Translations under genes and position numbers: made by a program
Source of the DNA: Gracilinanus agilis
Taxonomy: Eukaryota
Direction: 5' to 3'
NCBI RefSeq assembly: GCF_016433145.1
Contig: NC_058132.1
Location: 23,679,021 to 23,732,239 of the forward strand
DNA: 53,219 bases
Notes under the pieces: model-generated
Database searches by the model: none
Told to the model about the DNA's origin: nothing
The model's input: the letters and a program-made list of their open reading frames with translations, nothing else
Shown here: piece after piece, positions 1 to 24,045 of the stretch
Layout of the letters: each line of letters begins with the position of its first letter
Position numbering within the stretch: the stretch's first letter is position 1

Positions 1-216
1 GATGAGGGGGCGGGGCCCACCGAGGCCCCGCCCCTGCCGTGCCCCCTCCCCCTGCCCCCAAAGGAGGAAGCTGCAGCCCTCGGCGGGGCGGCTCCGGCCC
101 CAGATCTGCCCAGAGCTCCGGGCCCCCCCCTCCCCTGCCCCTTCCCCGGAGTCTCCGGGTGAGTCCCGGAGCCCGGGAGCCCAGCGCGGCCCAGCCCGCC
201 CCCCGAGCGCCCCGCC

Positions 217-12653
<12,437 letters not shown>

Positions 12654-13427
12654 GCAGGGAGACCCAGGAATCGCGCCCTGTCCCAGGCCGTCCTGTCTCG
12701 AGCTTTGGAACGGGCTGGGGAAGCCTCCCCAACACCATGGCCTTTCAGCCCACTTGGAAAATCCCAAGGAGGCAGCACCTCCCCACCAGTCCCTCCTGGC
12801 ATGCAGATTCGAGGCAGGGGGCTCCCCCTCCCCCTCTGCCCTTGGTCCATTCTTCCTTTCATCCCCTTGGGGCTCCTACCTCTGCTTGGGACATTCCAAT
12901 AAGCTCCAAGACGTGAAGAGGAAAGGGGAGGTCGTTCCTCCTCTTCCTGGAGCCCCTTTGAGGGCCCAATGTTCACTTTAATCCTTAAAAGCCTTCAATT
13001 TTTTTAAGAAAAAAATCATATATATATATATTTGTTTGGGAGGGGAAGGGGGGATTTTATTTGTTCATTTTGACAAGGGTGGGGTCTTGGCAGTCTTCAA
13101 TGCTGTAATCCTAGCTGTCCCCCTTTGGGGGTTTGGTTCTTCCAGGGGGTACAGGGAACCAGGACCTCTCTCCACTGCAGGGAACTCCCTTCTCCCCTCT
13201 CCCCGAAGACACCCCCTTCGCCCCTTTTCTATAAGGAATTAAGATTCTATGACTATAAAATACTGTAACTTTTTTTGAAAAAAATTTTTTTAATTTGGGT
13301 AGGCTCAGGTTTGGGAGCCATTCCCCTGGACGGGAGGGCGACCGTCCAAGGAAGCCCCTCCTGGGGTGGGGTGGGGTGGGGTGGGCTGATGTTCTCTCAT
13401 GCCCTTCCCCCGTGTCGAAATGGACTC

Positions 13428-13433
13428 AATAAA
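13428..13433 (+). terminator. Candidate VASP polyadenylation signal
   Basis: AATAAA followed by GT/T-rich gtttgttttc about 10 nt downstream. Confidence 0.65.
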
Positions 13434-13784
13434 TCTACCCGTTTGTTTTCTACCGCAACACACTCTTGGCTGTCCGGTGTCTCCTCTGGTCTTTGGCAGA
13501 CATGCCTTCCCCGCCTGGGCCCATCTCCCCCAGACCGTGGGCTCCCCAAGTCTCCTCCGGGTACGGGAAAGGGTGGGGGGAGTCATCACACCTCTGATAG
13601 CACCCACCTTCCTTGGTCAGCATCGATCCCTCCCGCCTAAGTCTCCGCCTCGGCCCATGGTTAGGGCCCCTTCCTGGCTGTAGGAGAAGACTTGACCCAG
13701 TTACCGTCACCGGAGAGGTCCCGTCCCACCTTCCCCTGGCCCAAACAGACCAGAGTGATTTCTGAGGCCACGGCCCTCCCCTGC

Positions 13785-13790
13785 TTTAAT
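13785..13790 (-). terminator. Candidate OPA3 polyadenylation signal
   Basis: ATTAAA on the minus strand (plus tttaat), about 1 kb past the OPA3 stop. Confidence 0.45.
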
Positions 13791-14776
13791 TGTCAAGTAT
13801 TTGCAGGCATAAAAAACAGAATCAGGCGTGGGGGACCCCTTCCCTCTCCAGCCTCTCCCTCCAACCCCACGAGCTGTTTCTCCCAGGGGGAAGGTGGGAT
13901 GGGATGGAAGCGGGGCCGCCATTCGAATATCTCCCCTCTCTACTCCCACTGCGGAAAGCGCTGACGGGCTGGGAGAGGGAGACAGAGACAGAGAGGGAGT
14001 CAGTCGAGGAGCAGAAGGGGCGGCTGGCACGTTTCATTTGGGAGTTGGGGCAGGCATCGGGCGATGCTGACCTCGGCCAAAGGGCGAGAAGGATGGTCTT
14101 TCCATGTCCCACGCCACACGGGAGAGACTAGGAGAGAAAAGGGGCCTTTGGAGCAGCTGGGCCAACCTAAGAGAAAAGGCCGCCTGGGGCCCTCCCCGGC
14201 CCAAGGAGGGCTGCTCGGGGCTGGTGGGCCATGTGGGATGAGTGTGCCGCCCAGTTCTGCATGGACGTTCCCAGAAAGGTCGAGCTGGACCATCCCCAGG
14301 ATGGGTCCAAAGGGCAGGCGCCCGTCCCAAGGGGCGGAATCTAGACGAGTGGGGAAGGAGGGGGCTGGGGAGGGGATCCCACGGACAGAGGGCTGAGGGC
14401 CGGGAGGCGGACACGAGTCCACAAGAGCATTCTGGCCAATTCTTTACTCCCCAGAGGAGGGCAATGAAACACCAAGTGAAAGTATGGCCAACCCCACAAG
14501 AAGATACAACTGGAGGAGAGAAGGGGGCGAAGGGAGGAAATGAGAAATGTCACAGGACCTTCAGGGGCCCCCAGACAGGGGGTGTCCCAAGGGGGGTGCC
14601 GCGGGTGTGGGAGAAGCCGGCATGGCGACCATCCCGTCCAAGGGACAAGCCTCTCTTGGGCTCCAACGGCACCACCAGAAGGGGGCCGTGCGCAGGGGGA
14701 GATGGCGGCAGCACCCTGGGCCGTGGTCCCCAGGCTCCCAAGGGGCCAGGCTTTGGACTGGGCAGTGGGGAAACCC

Positions 14777-15144
14777 TTATTTCTTTTTTTTGTTCAGTAG
14801 TTCCTTGAGCTCGTGGACCTGGGTGTGCAGCTCGTCCATGGCACCCAGGCGCCTGAAGAGCTCTTTATTCTGAGTTTCCAGTGTCTCCACAGTCAAGATG
14901 AGTAACCCCAGCTCCTGCTGCAGGGTCTCCATGACCTGACGCTGTTCCCCCTCCTTTTTCCGGGTCTGGGCCGACTGGCGCATGTACTCCAGGATCAGGC
15001 AGCAGCCGCCCACCAGGAAGATGGTGGCCTCCCCCAGCAGCTCGGCCCCGAGGTCCGCAGCGGCCTCCTCGTTTAGGGGCTTAATTGTGGCTCCTCGGAA
15101 GCCCAGGATCCTCATCTTTGTTCGCATTTCCACCCAGTGGTACA
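14777..15144 (-). CDS. OPA3: OPA3 exon 2 coding part
   Basis: tttgcag|TGTACCACTGG; TAA at 14779-14777. Confidence 0.95.
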
Positions 15145-18100
15145 CTGCAAAGATGATGGAGAGAGGGGTTAGGGATAAAGCAATGACCACCTCTAGGAAA
15201 GTGCACGAGTTCCTTTTCCTCTCTGGGCCTCAGTTTCCCCATCTGTGAAATAGAAATGACCTTGAAGGACCTCATTCCAAAACTGTCGTGCTGGGGACCT
15301 TGACCAAGTCACTTCTCTGAAGAGACCTCATCCTCTACCATGAAGGGGCCCAGACAGATAGTTCTCAAGAGGAAGGGGCTGGGGTATTCTGCAGGCTATC
15401 ACATTAAGCACCATGGAGTGAGGGGCTTTGCTGACTGCCAAGGAGAATGCAGAAAGGCTTCGGGGGGCTGGTGAAGTGTATCTCAAAGGACGGCTCCCTT
15501 CGTAATCCTGAGCCAACAGAAGTGAAGAACCTCTGCCACAGAAAGCAAATAAGAGGGAGGAAGGAAAGAAGTTGAAAGAGAAGCCTAAGAATTCACAGGA
15601 GACAAAAACCCAAGAAAGGATGCAGGAGGAGGCCTCGTGGCCTCACACGTCCACGCCAGGGGCACACAGTGTAGGCAGGCGGAGCTGGAGATCCTAAAAG
15701 GAAGGCCCGATGGGATGGGACCCAAAACCGGAATGATACTCAAAGGCCCAAGAAGGGTAAAAGGAAGGAGTGAGGTTGCTGGCTGTGGTGAGAAAGGAAG
15801 GCCCCTGTAGATGAAGAAGCTTCCCTCCTCCACGGACCGCCGGCAGCAGCGGTGAAAGGCGGTAAACATTTGGGAGAAGATAAACCAGACAGAAATATAC
15901 AATAGTCCTCCGGGGCAGAAAGAGGAAATAGATAAGGACTTTGGCAAAGAGACCCAGAGGGGCCTGGCCAGATCTCTGATGGGGAACCTGAACGCTCCGG
16001 CCAGGAGCTGAATCTCTTGGCTCTCCCATACAAGGCAGGGCCTGGTCCCAAAGGAAAGACCCTAAAAGATCAAAGACAGATCAATGCAGTGATGGACCCT
16101 GAGGCCAGAGGATGGTGGGTGACGGATGCTGCCCACCTGCTCCCAGAGGGGCGACAACAATCAACTGATGTGCAGAACAGACTCGTGGACAATAGTGGGA
16201 TTTGTTTTTCCTGGCCACACTTATTTATTCAAATAAAGGTCCCCCTCTTTTTCATCTGAAGAAGTGAGGGAAAAAATAAATGCTGAATATTGAAAAGATA
16301 ACATTAACTTAATTTTAAAAAAAAAAAAGGTTGGTCCTTTTAGGGCTAGCCTTAATGACAATTAAGGGGCAGCCAGGTGGCACAGGGAAAGAGTACCAGG
16401 ACTAGAGTCTTTAAATGAGTTCAAAATCAGCCTCAGACACTTACCAGCTGCGTGACCCTGGGTAAGTGACTTAACCATACTGACCTCAGTTTCCCCATCA
16501 GTCAAATGAGCTGGAGAAGGAAATGGCATGCTATTCCAGGATCTTTGCCAAGAAAACCCCCAAATGAAGAGTGGGACATGACTGAAAAACAACTGAACAA
16601 CAATAAAATGACAATTTCAGCCTTCCAAAAGTGGAGGAAGCAGAGAGAGGAGACCTGTTCATTTGAACCCAATGGTCACTGCCAAAGAGAAAACGGTTAC
16701 TTATCAGGAATCTTGGGCGCTAAGTGACTGTTCTATCTCTGAATATTAGGCTGGCAAGGTTCTCTCTGTCAGCAAGTTGGGGGTCATCGGTTACAGATCC
16801 TAGATGGCATGAAAACAGGTTTGAAAGGGTTCATCCTACCCAGCTCCAAAGTCCCTTCCGATAGGGGAGGCCTGCCCAAATTACGTTTTGGAGACAGAGT
16901 AAAGCAGGTGAGTAACGGTGTGACGATATACATGCTTTCTTTTTTTATCACCCCCCACTTTCACTTCCATCTTAAAATCAATACTGTGTATTGGTTCCAA
17001 GGCAGCAGAGTGGTAAGGGCTAGGCAATGGGGGTTAAGTGACTTGCCCAGGGTCACACAGCTAGGAAGTGTCTGAGGCCACATCTGAACCTAGGACCTCC
17101 GTCTCTAGGCCTGGTGCCTTGTCCACTGAGCTACCTCGCTGCTTCTGCTGATATACAATCTCAGTAGGCATTAAGAGGGCCCAGGGGCCAGGAGGGACCA
17201 GGCCCTGTCAGACCAGGCTCCATCCTTGGGGCAGCCCTTTGAGAAAGACCCCGAGAAGCTAAAGGGTGTCCCAAAGAAGACAGCAGCCCTGATATCATCC
17301 CATATGCAGTCTAGCTGAAGGAAGTGGGGGAAATTTCACTTAAGAAGAAGCTATCTATAAAAGAATGCCTGCCCTTTGACCCAGCCATACCATTACTGGG
17401 TTTGTACCCCAAAGAGATCATAGATAAACAGACTTGTACGAAAATATTCATAGCTGCGCTTTTTGTGGTGGCAACAAATTGGAAAAGGAGGGTATGTCCT
17501 TCAATTGGGGAATGGCTGAACAAACTGTGGTATATGCGGGTGATGGAATACTATTGTGCTAAAAGGAATAATAAACTGGAGAAGTTCCAGGCGAACTGGA
17601 GAGACCTCCGGGAACTGATGCAGAGTGAAAGGAGCAGAGCCAGAAGAACTCTGTACACAGAGACTGACATTCTGTGGTAAAATCGAATGTAATGGACCTC
17701 TGTACCAGCAGCAATACAATGACCCAGGACAATTCTGAGGGATTTATGGTAAAGAAAGCTACCCACATTCAGAGGAGGGACTGCAGGAGAGGAAACATAT
17801 AGGAAAAACAACTGCATGAACGCATGGGTCGGGGTGGTCATGATTGAGGGTGTAGACTCGAAACTACCACACCAATGCAACTACCAACAATTTGGAAATT
17901 GGTCTTGATCAAGGACACATGACAAAACTAGTGGAAATGCGCATGGGTAGCGGGGGTGCGGGGGGGGGGGGTTGAAGGGGAAAGGAGGAGCATGAATCAT
18001 GTAACCATGTTAAAAATGAATATTAATAAATGTTTAAAAAAAAAAAAAGAAGAAGCTATCTGCAGGAACAAGATGGAATATGTCACAAGGAGAGAGACTC

Positions 18101-20346
18101 CCCTTATCTTCAAAGGGCAGAACTAGGCTTCTTCCATCCGAACTACCAGCTGGGGCTACAACATTGGGAAAAGAGAAGGCTCTCGTTCAAATATCAGGGG
18201 AATTAGGGGGGCCTCGAGGCCTCTTCCAGCTCCTGGTGGCTTTGTGAGGCTGTGAGGCCAAAGGGGACAAGAAGGGGGTGTCTAAAGGGATGTGTATGTG
18301 AACACACTAAAAAGATAGGGCCAGAAGATGGAGGCCAACCATGGCAGAAGCCTATAAAGACAGTCTCAGGAACACAAACTCTCAGAAGAATGTAAAGCTT
18401 AGGAGGAATGCTAAGGACAACAAAAAGGGTTTTGGAGATCCATAGTGGGAAAAAAGGAGAATAAAAAAAAGGCAAAGAGCATTGCTAGGGGACAGAGAGC
18501 GTGCTGAGGAGCCTAAACAAAAGAGCTGATCAGCCTTCATTCTGCTTCTGTTTGTCCTGCCAGAGAGATTGATCTTTGGACTGGAAGGGTCAGGCCACAA
18601 ACGGCTAACATGGAGAAGATTCCCCAGGTAATTCAGGGCCAATAAGAGCTCACAGGGCTGCCCCTTGAAGAGTTCAGAAGCTCATGGACCTGACAGACAG
18701 CTTCCCAGGAAAATTCCAGAACTGAAACTGCTGGATGGTCGGTCTGTGAAAGCTTGTGGAGGATGGGAGGACAATGAATGCAGGGCCAGAGAAGGGCGAA
18801 TGTTCCCCAAAAGGTCTCCTGCAAAGTAGAGGCCACTCAGCAGAAAAAGAACAATGTGATAGCTGGAGTCATTCATGGTTTAATGTCCTTCTGAAGGGGG
18901 CCAGGGATCTAGGTTCCATTAAACACTGGGATCAGTGCCTGGCCAGCATTCTCTGCCCCAAAGCCAGGTAGGGTGGCTAACCCCCTGGGGGAGACTATCA
19001 GGCTCTCACATGCTCTACAGGGTTTTGGGGGGCTCTACAACAACTGACCAGCATATTGACCCACAGATGAACCACGTCTCTAGCTACGAGGGCAGAACCC
19101 AAAGAAACCTCAGAATGTGGAAGGCTGGAACGGGAGACTCTGAAGCCATAAAGCCCTGCCTGGCCATCAGACACTCAGCAGAAACCATTTTTTCAAGGGC
19201 AAAGAGGATGCCAGACTCTTCTCTCCTCCAGAGGGCCTGGGGCTCTGCCTTGGAGGTGAAGAATTCTACTGGACCTTCTCCCTGGCTCCACAGGGACTTG
19301 GGCCCTAAGAGAGTCTGAAGTTGTTCTTCTGGAGGTTCTGGGAGTCGGTGAGACCTGCTTACCAGCTGTGTGACCCTGAGTGAACCATTTCTGCCTCAGT
19401 TTCCTCATCTGCAAAATGGGGATGATAAATAATATCCTCTCCTCTACTGGGAACTTAAGTGTAAAACTCTCTGCCTCCTTGAAAGCTCCATAAGCATGCT
19501 GGCTGGCTGCCCCTTCGCCCCTAGGATAGCAACACTGGCTGACATGTGGCTCTGTCCTTCGACGGGGGATTATAAAGTACTTAAGAATATGCTTTCCCTT
19601 ATTGGTTTATGGCTACAGGACAGCGTGGGCCCGTTTTAGAAATGATGAGATGGGGATCGGAGACGGTCAGTGACTTCCCCAGGGTCATATAACACTAAGG
19701 AGCAGAGGTGGGATTTGAACCCAAGCCCACTCCCCCTAGAGCTCAAAGCGTTTAAAAGGCAGCACGTAGGAGTGGTGAAAGTAACACACAGGATGGCTAG
19801 GGATATCCGGGGGGCGAGGAGGGTGAGCCCCGCTAAGTGACCCCACTCCATCCACAGGTCCCACTGACCCCGAAGCCCCGCCTCGCCTGTCATTCCTTCT
19901 GCTCAAAGTCAAACTAGACCGGCTGGCCCGCCCTTCAGTGTCTCCATTGGTCAGCGTCGCTGTCCTCCTCAGCACAGCGACTCCCCCATTGGCCCACCGT
20001 GCCACCCGAGGACGTAGGGACGTAAGAAAGGGCGAGAGCCGGCGGGAACAGACCCGCCTCTCTAGGGCGGCTTCCCCTGACTGGGCAGAGCAGGTCGCGC
20101 GCAGCGTCTCGATTGGCTGCTCAAGGCGGGAGGGGACAGCGGGTGGGGCTCAGGTCCGGAAGGACCATCGCGGGGAGCGGGGGAGATTCTGGGGTCCAGC
20201 TTACGTTGAGCGGGCGGTAGGCAGATGTAGGTCCGGAAGAACTGGCTCCGGCGCGCCCCCTCCTTAATCCTTTGGGCCAGCGGCTTGCTGATTTGCCGCA
20301 CGCCCAGATACAGCAGCTTCGCAATGGGGAACGCGCCCACCGCCAT
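14777..20346 (-). CDS. OPA3: Optic atrophy 3 protein (mitochondrial), 2 coding exons, 510 nt, 169 aa
   Basis: Exon 1 20346-20205 ([47 protein letters not shown], donor gtaagc) plus exon 2 15144-14777 ([43 protein letters not shown]...LLNKKKK*). Confidence 0.96.
16366..16603 (+). mobile_element. MAR1-type SINE (CORE plus RTE-like tail)
   Basis: ggggcagccaggtggcacag...ctcagtttcccc...ctggagaaggaaatggc...gccaagaaaacccc...gactgaaaaacaactgaacaacaa. Confidence 0.75.
16936..17143 (-). mobile_element. SINE1-type CORE-SINE
   Basis: agagtggtaagggctaggcaatgggggttaagtgacttgcccagggtcacacagctaggaagtgtctgagg. Confidence 0.8.
17357..18046 (+). mobile_element. 5'-truncated LINE-1 (ORF2 C-terminus, 3' UTR, polyA), antisense in OPA3 intron 1
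   Basis: Open frame [22 protein letters not shown]...[15 protein letters not shown]...ILW* typical of the L1 ORF2 C-terminus. G-rich 3' UTR, AATAAA 18025-18030, polyA, perfect 15-bp TSD AAGAAGAAGCTATCT (17342-17356 and 18047-18061). Confidence 0.93.
18330..18960 (+). mobile_element. Degenerate L3/CR1 LINE ORF2 fragment
   Basis: Remnants resembling CR1 ORF2 motifs (ctaaggacaacaaaaagggtttt = AKDNKKGF; a later segment resembles KAELLNSYFASVF). Confidence 0.5.
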
Positions 20347-20720
20347 CTTGGCGGCCGCATGTGCGTCACGGCCCAAGGCGGGGAACGGCGGGGCGTGGAC
20401 CCTAGGCGCACGCGCGCGTCACCGGCGCCCGGCCGTGGGTGGAGTTGGAGGCCCTGTGCATGCGCCTCTCGGCTCTTGCGGGGCGCGGTGGCGTAAGCAC
20501 GCACGCTTCGCCTGACGCTGCGCGCCTCCGTTCTAGCCGATATGTAAATGAATCCTTAGTGCCGGGCGGAGGCGGAGGGGATGGCCGATCAGCGAACATG
20601 ACGTCACGAATCTCGGCTGTGACGTCACATCCGAGAGGCAATCAATGAGTGCTGATTAATCAATCGCTTTAGTCTTAATAGAGGCCTAGAAGGGGTCGCT
20701 CGCCTCCTTCGCTACCGAAG
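19850..20720. promoter_or_regulatory. OPA3 CpG-island promoter
   Basis: CpG-dense. TGACGTCA at 20599-20606 and 20620-20627, NRF1-like GCGCACGCGC at 20406-20415, YY1-like CAAGATGGCGG over the ATG. Confidence 0.8.
20205..20346 (-). CDS. OPA3: OPA3 exon 1 coding part
   Basis: gccaagATGG strong Kozak; 142 nt; CAAC|gtaagc. Confidence 0.95.
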
Positions 20721-20739
20721 GCCTGGGGAGAAACTCGCC

Positions 20740-21075
20740 CCTCCCCTTTCTCCTCCTCTCCCTCCACTGCCCCTTTTCCCAACCTCCCTTGGTCCTTTAC
20801 CCCTCTCTCTCCCCTGTCTTTTCCCTTTTCCCGACTCCTTCTCTTATCCCTTTTCCTGCTCCTCTCTGTGTTCTCTCCTCCCATACCTTTTCCTCTCTGC
20901 CCCTGTTCTTTTAATTTTCCCTTAATCTTTCCCTTTCTCCAGTCCTTTCCAAACCCGCTCCCTGCCCTCTTCCCCTTCCTGCTTTCCTTTTTCCTCCCTT
21001 ATCTGTCTTTTCTCCTTTCCCTTGTCTTTCATCTTCCCCTACCTCTCCCTTTCTCCTTCCCCCTCCCCTGTCCTT
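20740..21075 (+). repeat. CT-rich low-complexity tract upstream of OPA3
   Basis: Near-pure pyrimidine sequence. Confidence 0.8.
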
Positions 21076-23484
21076 TCCTTATTTCTCTCTCCTCCCCCGA
21101 GGATGTGGGAAATTCCTCCCTTTCCCTTGTGGAAGACCTTGCAGACATCCCTCTTCTCTTTTAACATGGGATCTTGGGAAACTTCTCTCAATCTCCTTCC
21201 CCTCCCCCGTTAGAAGCAGGGGGCAACCTCTAAACTCTCCAGTGCATGATTGGGTACTGTGGAAAATTCCCAATGTCCATGGAGGATCGCTTCTCCCTTA
21301 GTGAAAGGACTGTGGAAAATGCTTCTCTGTAATCTGTGAGAAAGACCTTTGCCTCATGAAACTGGTGAACTGTGGAAGATCCTTTTCCCTACTCCCTGGG
21401 AATAGACTTCCATGAAGATCCCTTTCCCCTTCCACCAAATATTCTCTTTCCAACAAGGAATATGACTGGAAATTTGTCCCTCTTGGAAGAAATATAGATC
21501 CATTTCTGAACAGGGGTGATGAAAAATTCTTACCACAGAGAGGAAGTAAGTGCCCAAGAATCTCTTCACCCATTTCTCTAGAATCCACCTTCTGGGTGAG
21601 ATAGCACTACTGTATGCTAGCCTTGTAGTTAACACAGGCCCCCTACTCAGTCTGTGGCCTCCGAAATTATCTGTGTGTGAGTCAGAAAGATGTCTCAAGA
21701 TTGCCTAGTCCCTCTTCCCCCACCCCGCCCAGACATCTTACAGCTAAGGAAATAAAAGTAGGGAAAGCAATTTATGTGTCCAAGGTCATTTCTTCCTGAC
21801 ATTTAGAAACATACAAAAATGACTGCCTTGAAGTGTAATGCTATTGCTGGCGCTGAAGGTAGCTAAAAAAATGATAGATGACTCTTATCAGGGAGACCAG
21901 AGAGGGGATTCCTCCACTGGGCAGGAAGTTAGGTCTTTGAGGTCCCTTCCATTGATTTTGTGGACTAATTCAATAATCTTTTCCTGAGTGGCCAGAAAGT
22001 GATGGGCTGCAAAGAAAAGGAGGCAAGTCCAAGTGTGTCTTCCCGACAGAGTTCCTAGGCTAGCTGAAGGATGGGTCATGTCTAAAGCAGGGAGATCCGG
22101 AAAGGAGGGACTAGAAACCAGGCCATGAGAGAGGCAGGTGAAGGAGCTCTGACTATGTGAAGAGAAGACTGAGAGGTAACAAATTGTTGACATTTTTATT
22201 GTTTGGAAAGTGCTTTGCACATGTGATGTCCTCTGATCCTCACAACAACCCTGTGAGGTAGGTGCTACTGGTATTACCCCGTATTTCAGATGAGGAAACA
22301 GGTTCAGATAGGTGAGCTGACTTGCCCAGGGTCACACAGCTAACAAGTGTTAAAGGTATGATTCAAACCCAGGTCTCTCCCAAATGGAAGTACAGTATTC
22401 TTTCCGCTATATCACACTCATAGGCCCAAAGATTTTAGGACTAGTCCAACCATCCCATGTCTACCAAGAAAGAAATGGAGGACTAGAAAGGGGAAGGAGT
22501 TTCCCCCAGAATCCCACAACTGGTAATTGTCACAGTGGGGATTTCCAACCAAATCTGCTCACTCCAAACCCAGCAGGCTTCCTACTATGCCACACATACC
22601 TCGGGAAATCACTGTATTCAAGTTTCGAAAAGACAGTTAAGTCAAAGAGGGATCAGACTCGGTCTGCTTGGGTGGAGGAGGATGGGGAATGGGGCAGTGG
22701 GGAGAGAGATTTCAAAGAAACAGATTTGGGCTGGAACACAGGGATGACATTTTTAACAATTGGTTTGAACCCTTCTATTCTGCATCAATGTTTCTGAGAG
22801 TAGGGAGACCTGGCTTCTAGTTCATGCGGTGCTGTTGACTCACTCTGTGACCTCAGATATGTCACTTTACCTTACCGGGCCTCAGTTTCCTTAATTGGAA
22901 AAAGGGGGAAGGGCTGTTAGACAAGATGGTCTCCAGTGTCCCTTCCAGGCCTGAAATTCTAGAATAACTGGACACACAGGCTCTTTTTAGAAAGCAAATG
23001 GAGAGACAGCCTTGTTGACTGAGGGCCTCACTAAGAGTCAGGAGGGATTTTAAGGACAAATCACAGCCTGTCCAACCTCCCCCAGCAGGGAAGTCACCTC
23101 AGAGTAACTGGGGTCAGGCGAAATTCCGGAGGCCTGGAGGCCTGGGGGCTTAGCTAGAGCAGCCTGATAAGAGTGGAAAGGGGCCAGAAGGGGCCCTGAA
23201 AGACACTGGGAAATCCAAACACCCTTCCCATCCTCTCAACCCCATTCGGAGGGGGAAACTAAGACCCAGGAAGGGAGGACGATTTGCTTGAGATCATGCA
23301 GCTGGTCAGTTGGTCTAAAACCCAAGTCTTCTGACTCACTGTCTTGGGCTTTTTCCAGGCTGTAGTGCTTTAGTGATAGCTAACTGCATGCAGGCTTTTG
23401 GGAGGCAAAATGCCACGCTGCCCAGAGAGACCAGGGAAAGGGAGGGGACAGGCTCCGAGTTCCCGCTCTGTTCCTTCCTGTTAC

Positions 23485-24045
23485 AGTTCGTAGCATGTCA
23501 GAGCCAAGAAGGAGCTTCCGACATAGAATGTCCCAGTCCCAAAGGGCCCGAGAACACTGAAACATTGACCTCGGGACACTGAATGTCAGAGCCAGAAGAG
23601 TCCTTGGAATAAAGAACGTCAGCCTGGGAGGGCCCTTCGGACTGAGAACGTTGGCTGGAAGGACTTGGGAACATGGACCGGCCACACGGAAAGGTAGAAT
23701 TCCGGAAGCCAAGCTTCGGCGGCCACCTCAGAAGGGAGCTGCAGTGTAGGGAGGGACCTCACCACACAAGGTCAATACGGTACTGGAGCTAGGAGGGCCC
23801 TTCCACCACCTGTTATCTAGAACGTTCAAACTGGGAGGGACCTCGGAATGTTAGAACTTGAAAGGACTCAAGAACACAGAACATGGGAGGTCAGAATCAA
23901 GAAGCTCAGGATCCTGGATGTGATCTGCAAAGGGCCTGAAAACCGAAATGCTGGAGCTAAGAAGCACCCCAGCACACAGAATGTTAGCCCGAAAGCACTT
24001 CGGAACCCAGGATGTCAGAACTAGAAGGAACCTTAGAACGGAGAC
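23485..24045. repeat. Diverged tandem array of the same 33-bp unit, between OPA3 and GPR4
   Basis: Recurring acatagaatgtc / gaatgtcagag / ctgggaggg(a/c)cct / ccttagaac. Confidence 0.65.

Noticed and set aside
14864-14869. AATAAA within OPA3 exon 2
   Set aside because: It is coding sequence (Asn-Lys) upstream of the stop codon, with no evidence of use.
20347-20376. 10-aa N-terminal extension of OPA3 in the ORF track
   Set aside because: Starts at TTG; the conserved start is ATG 20346.
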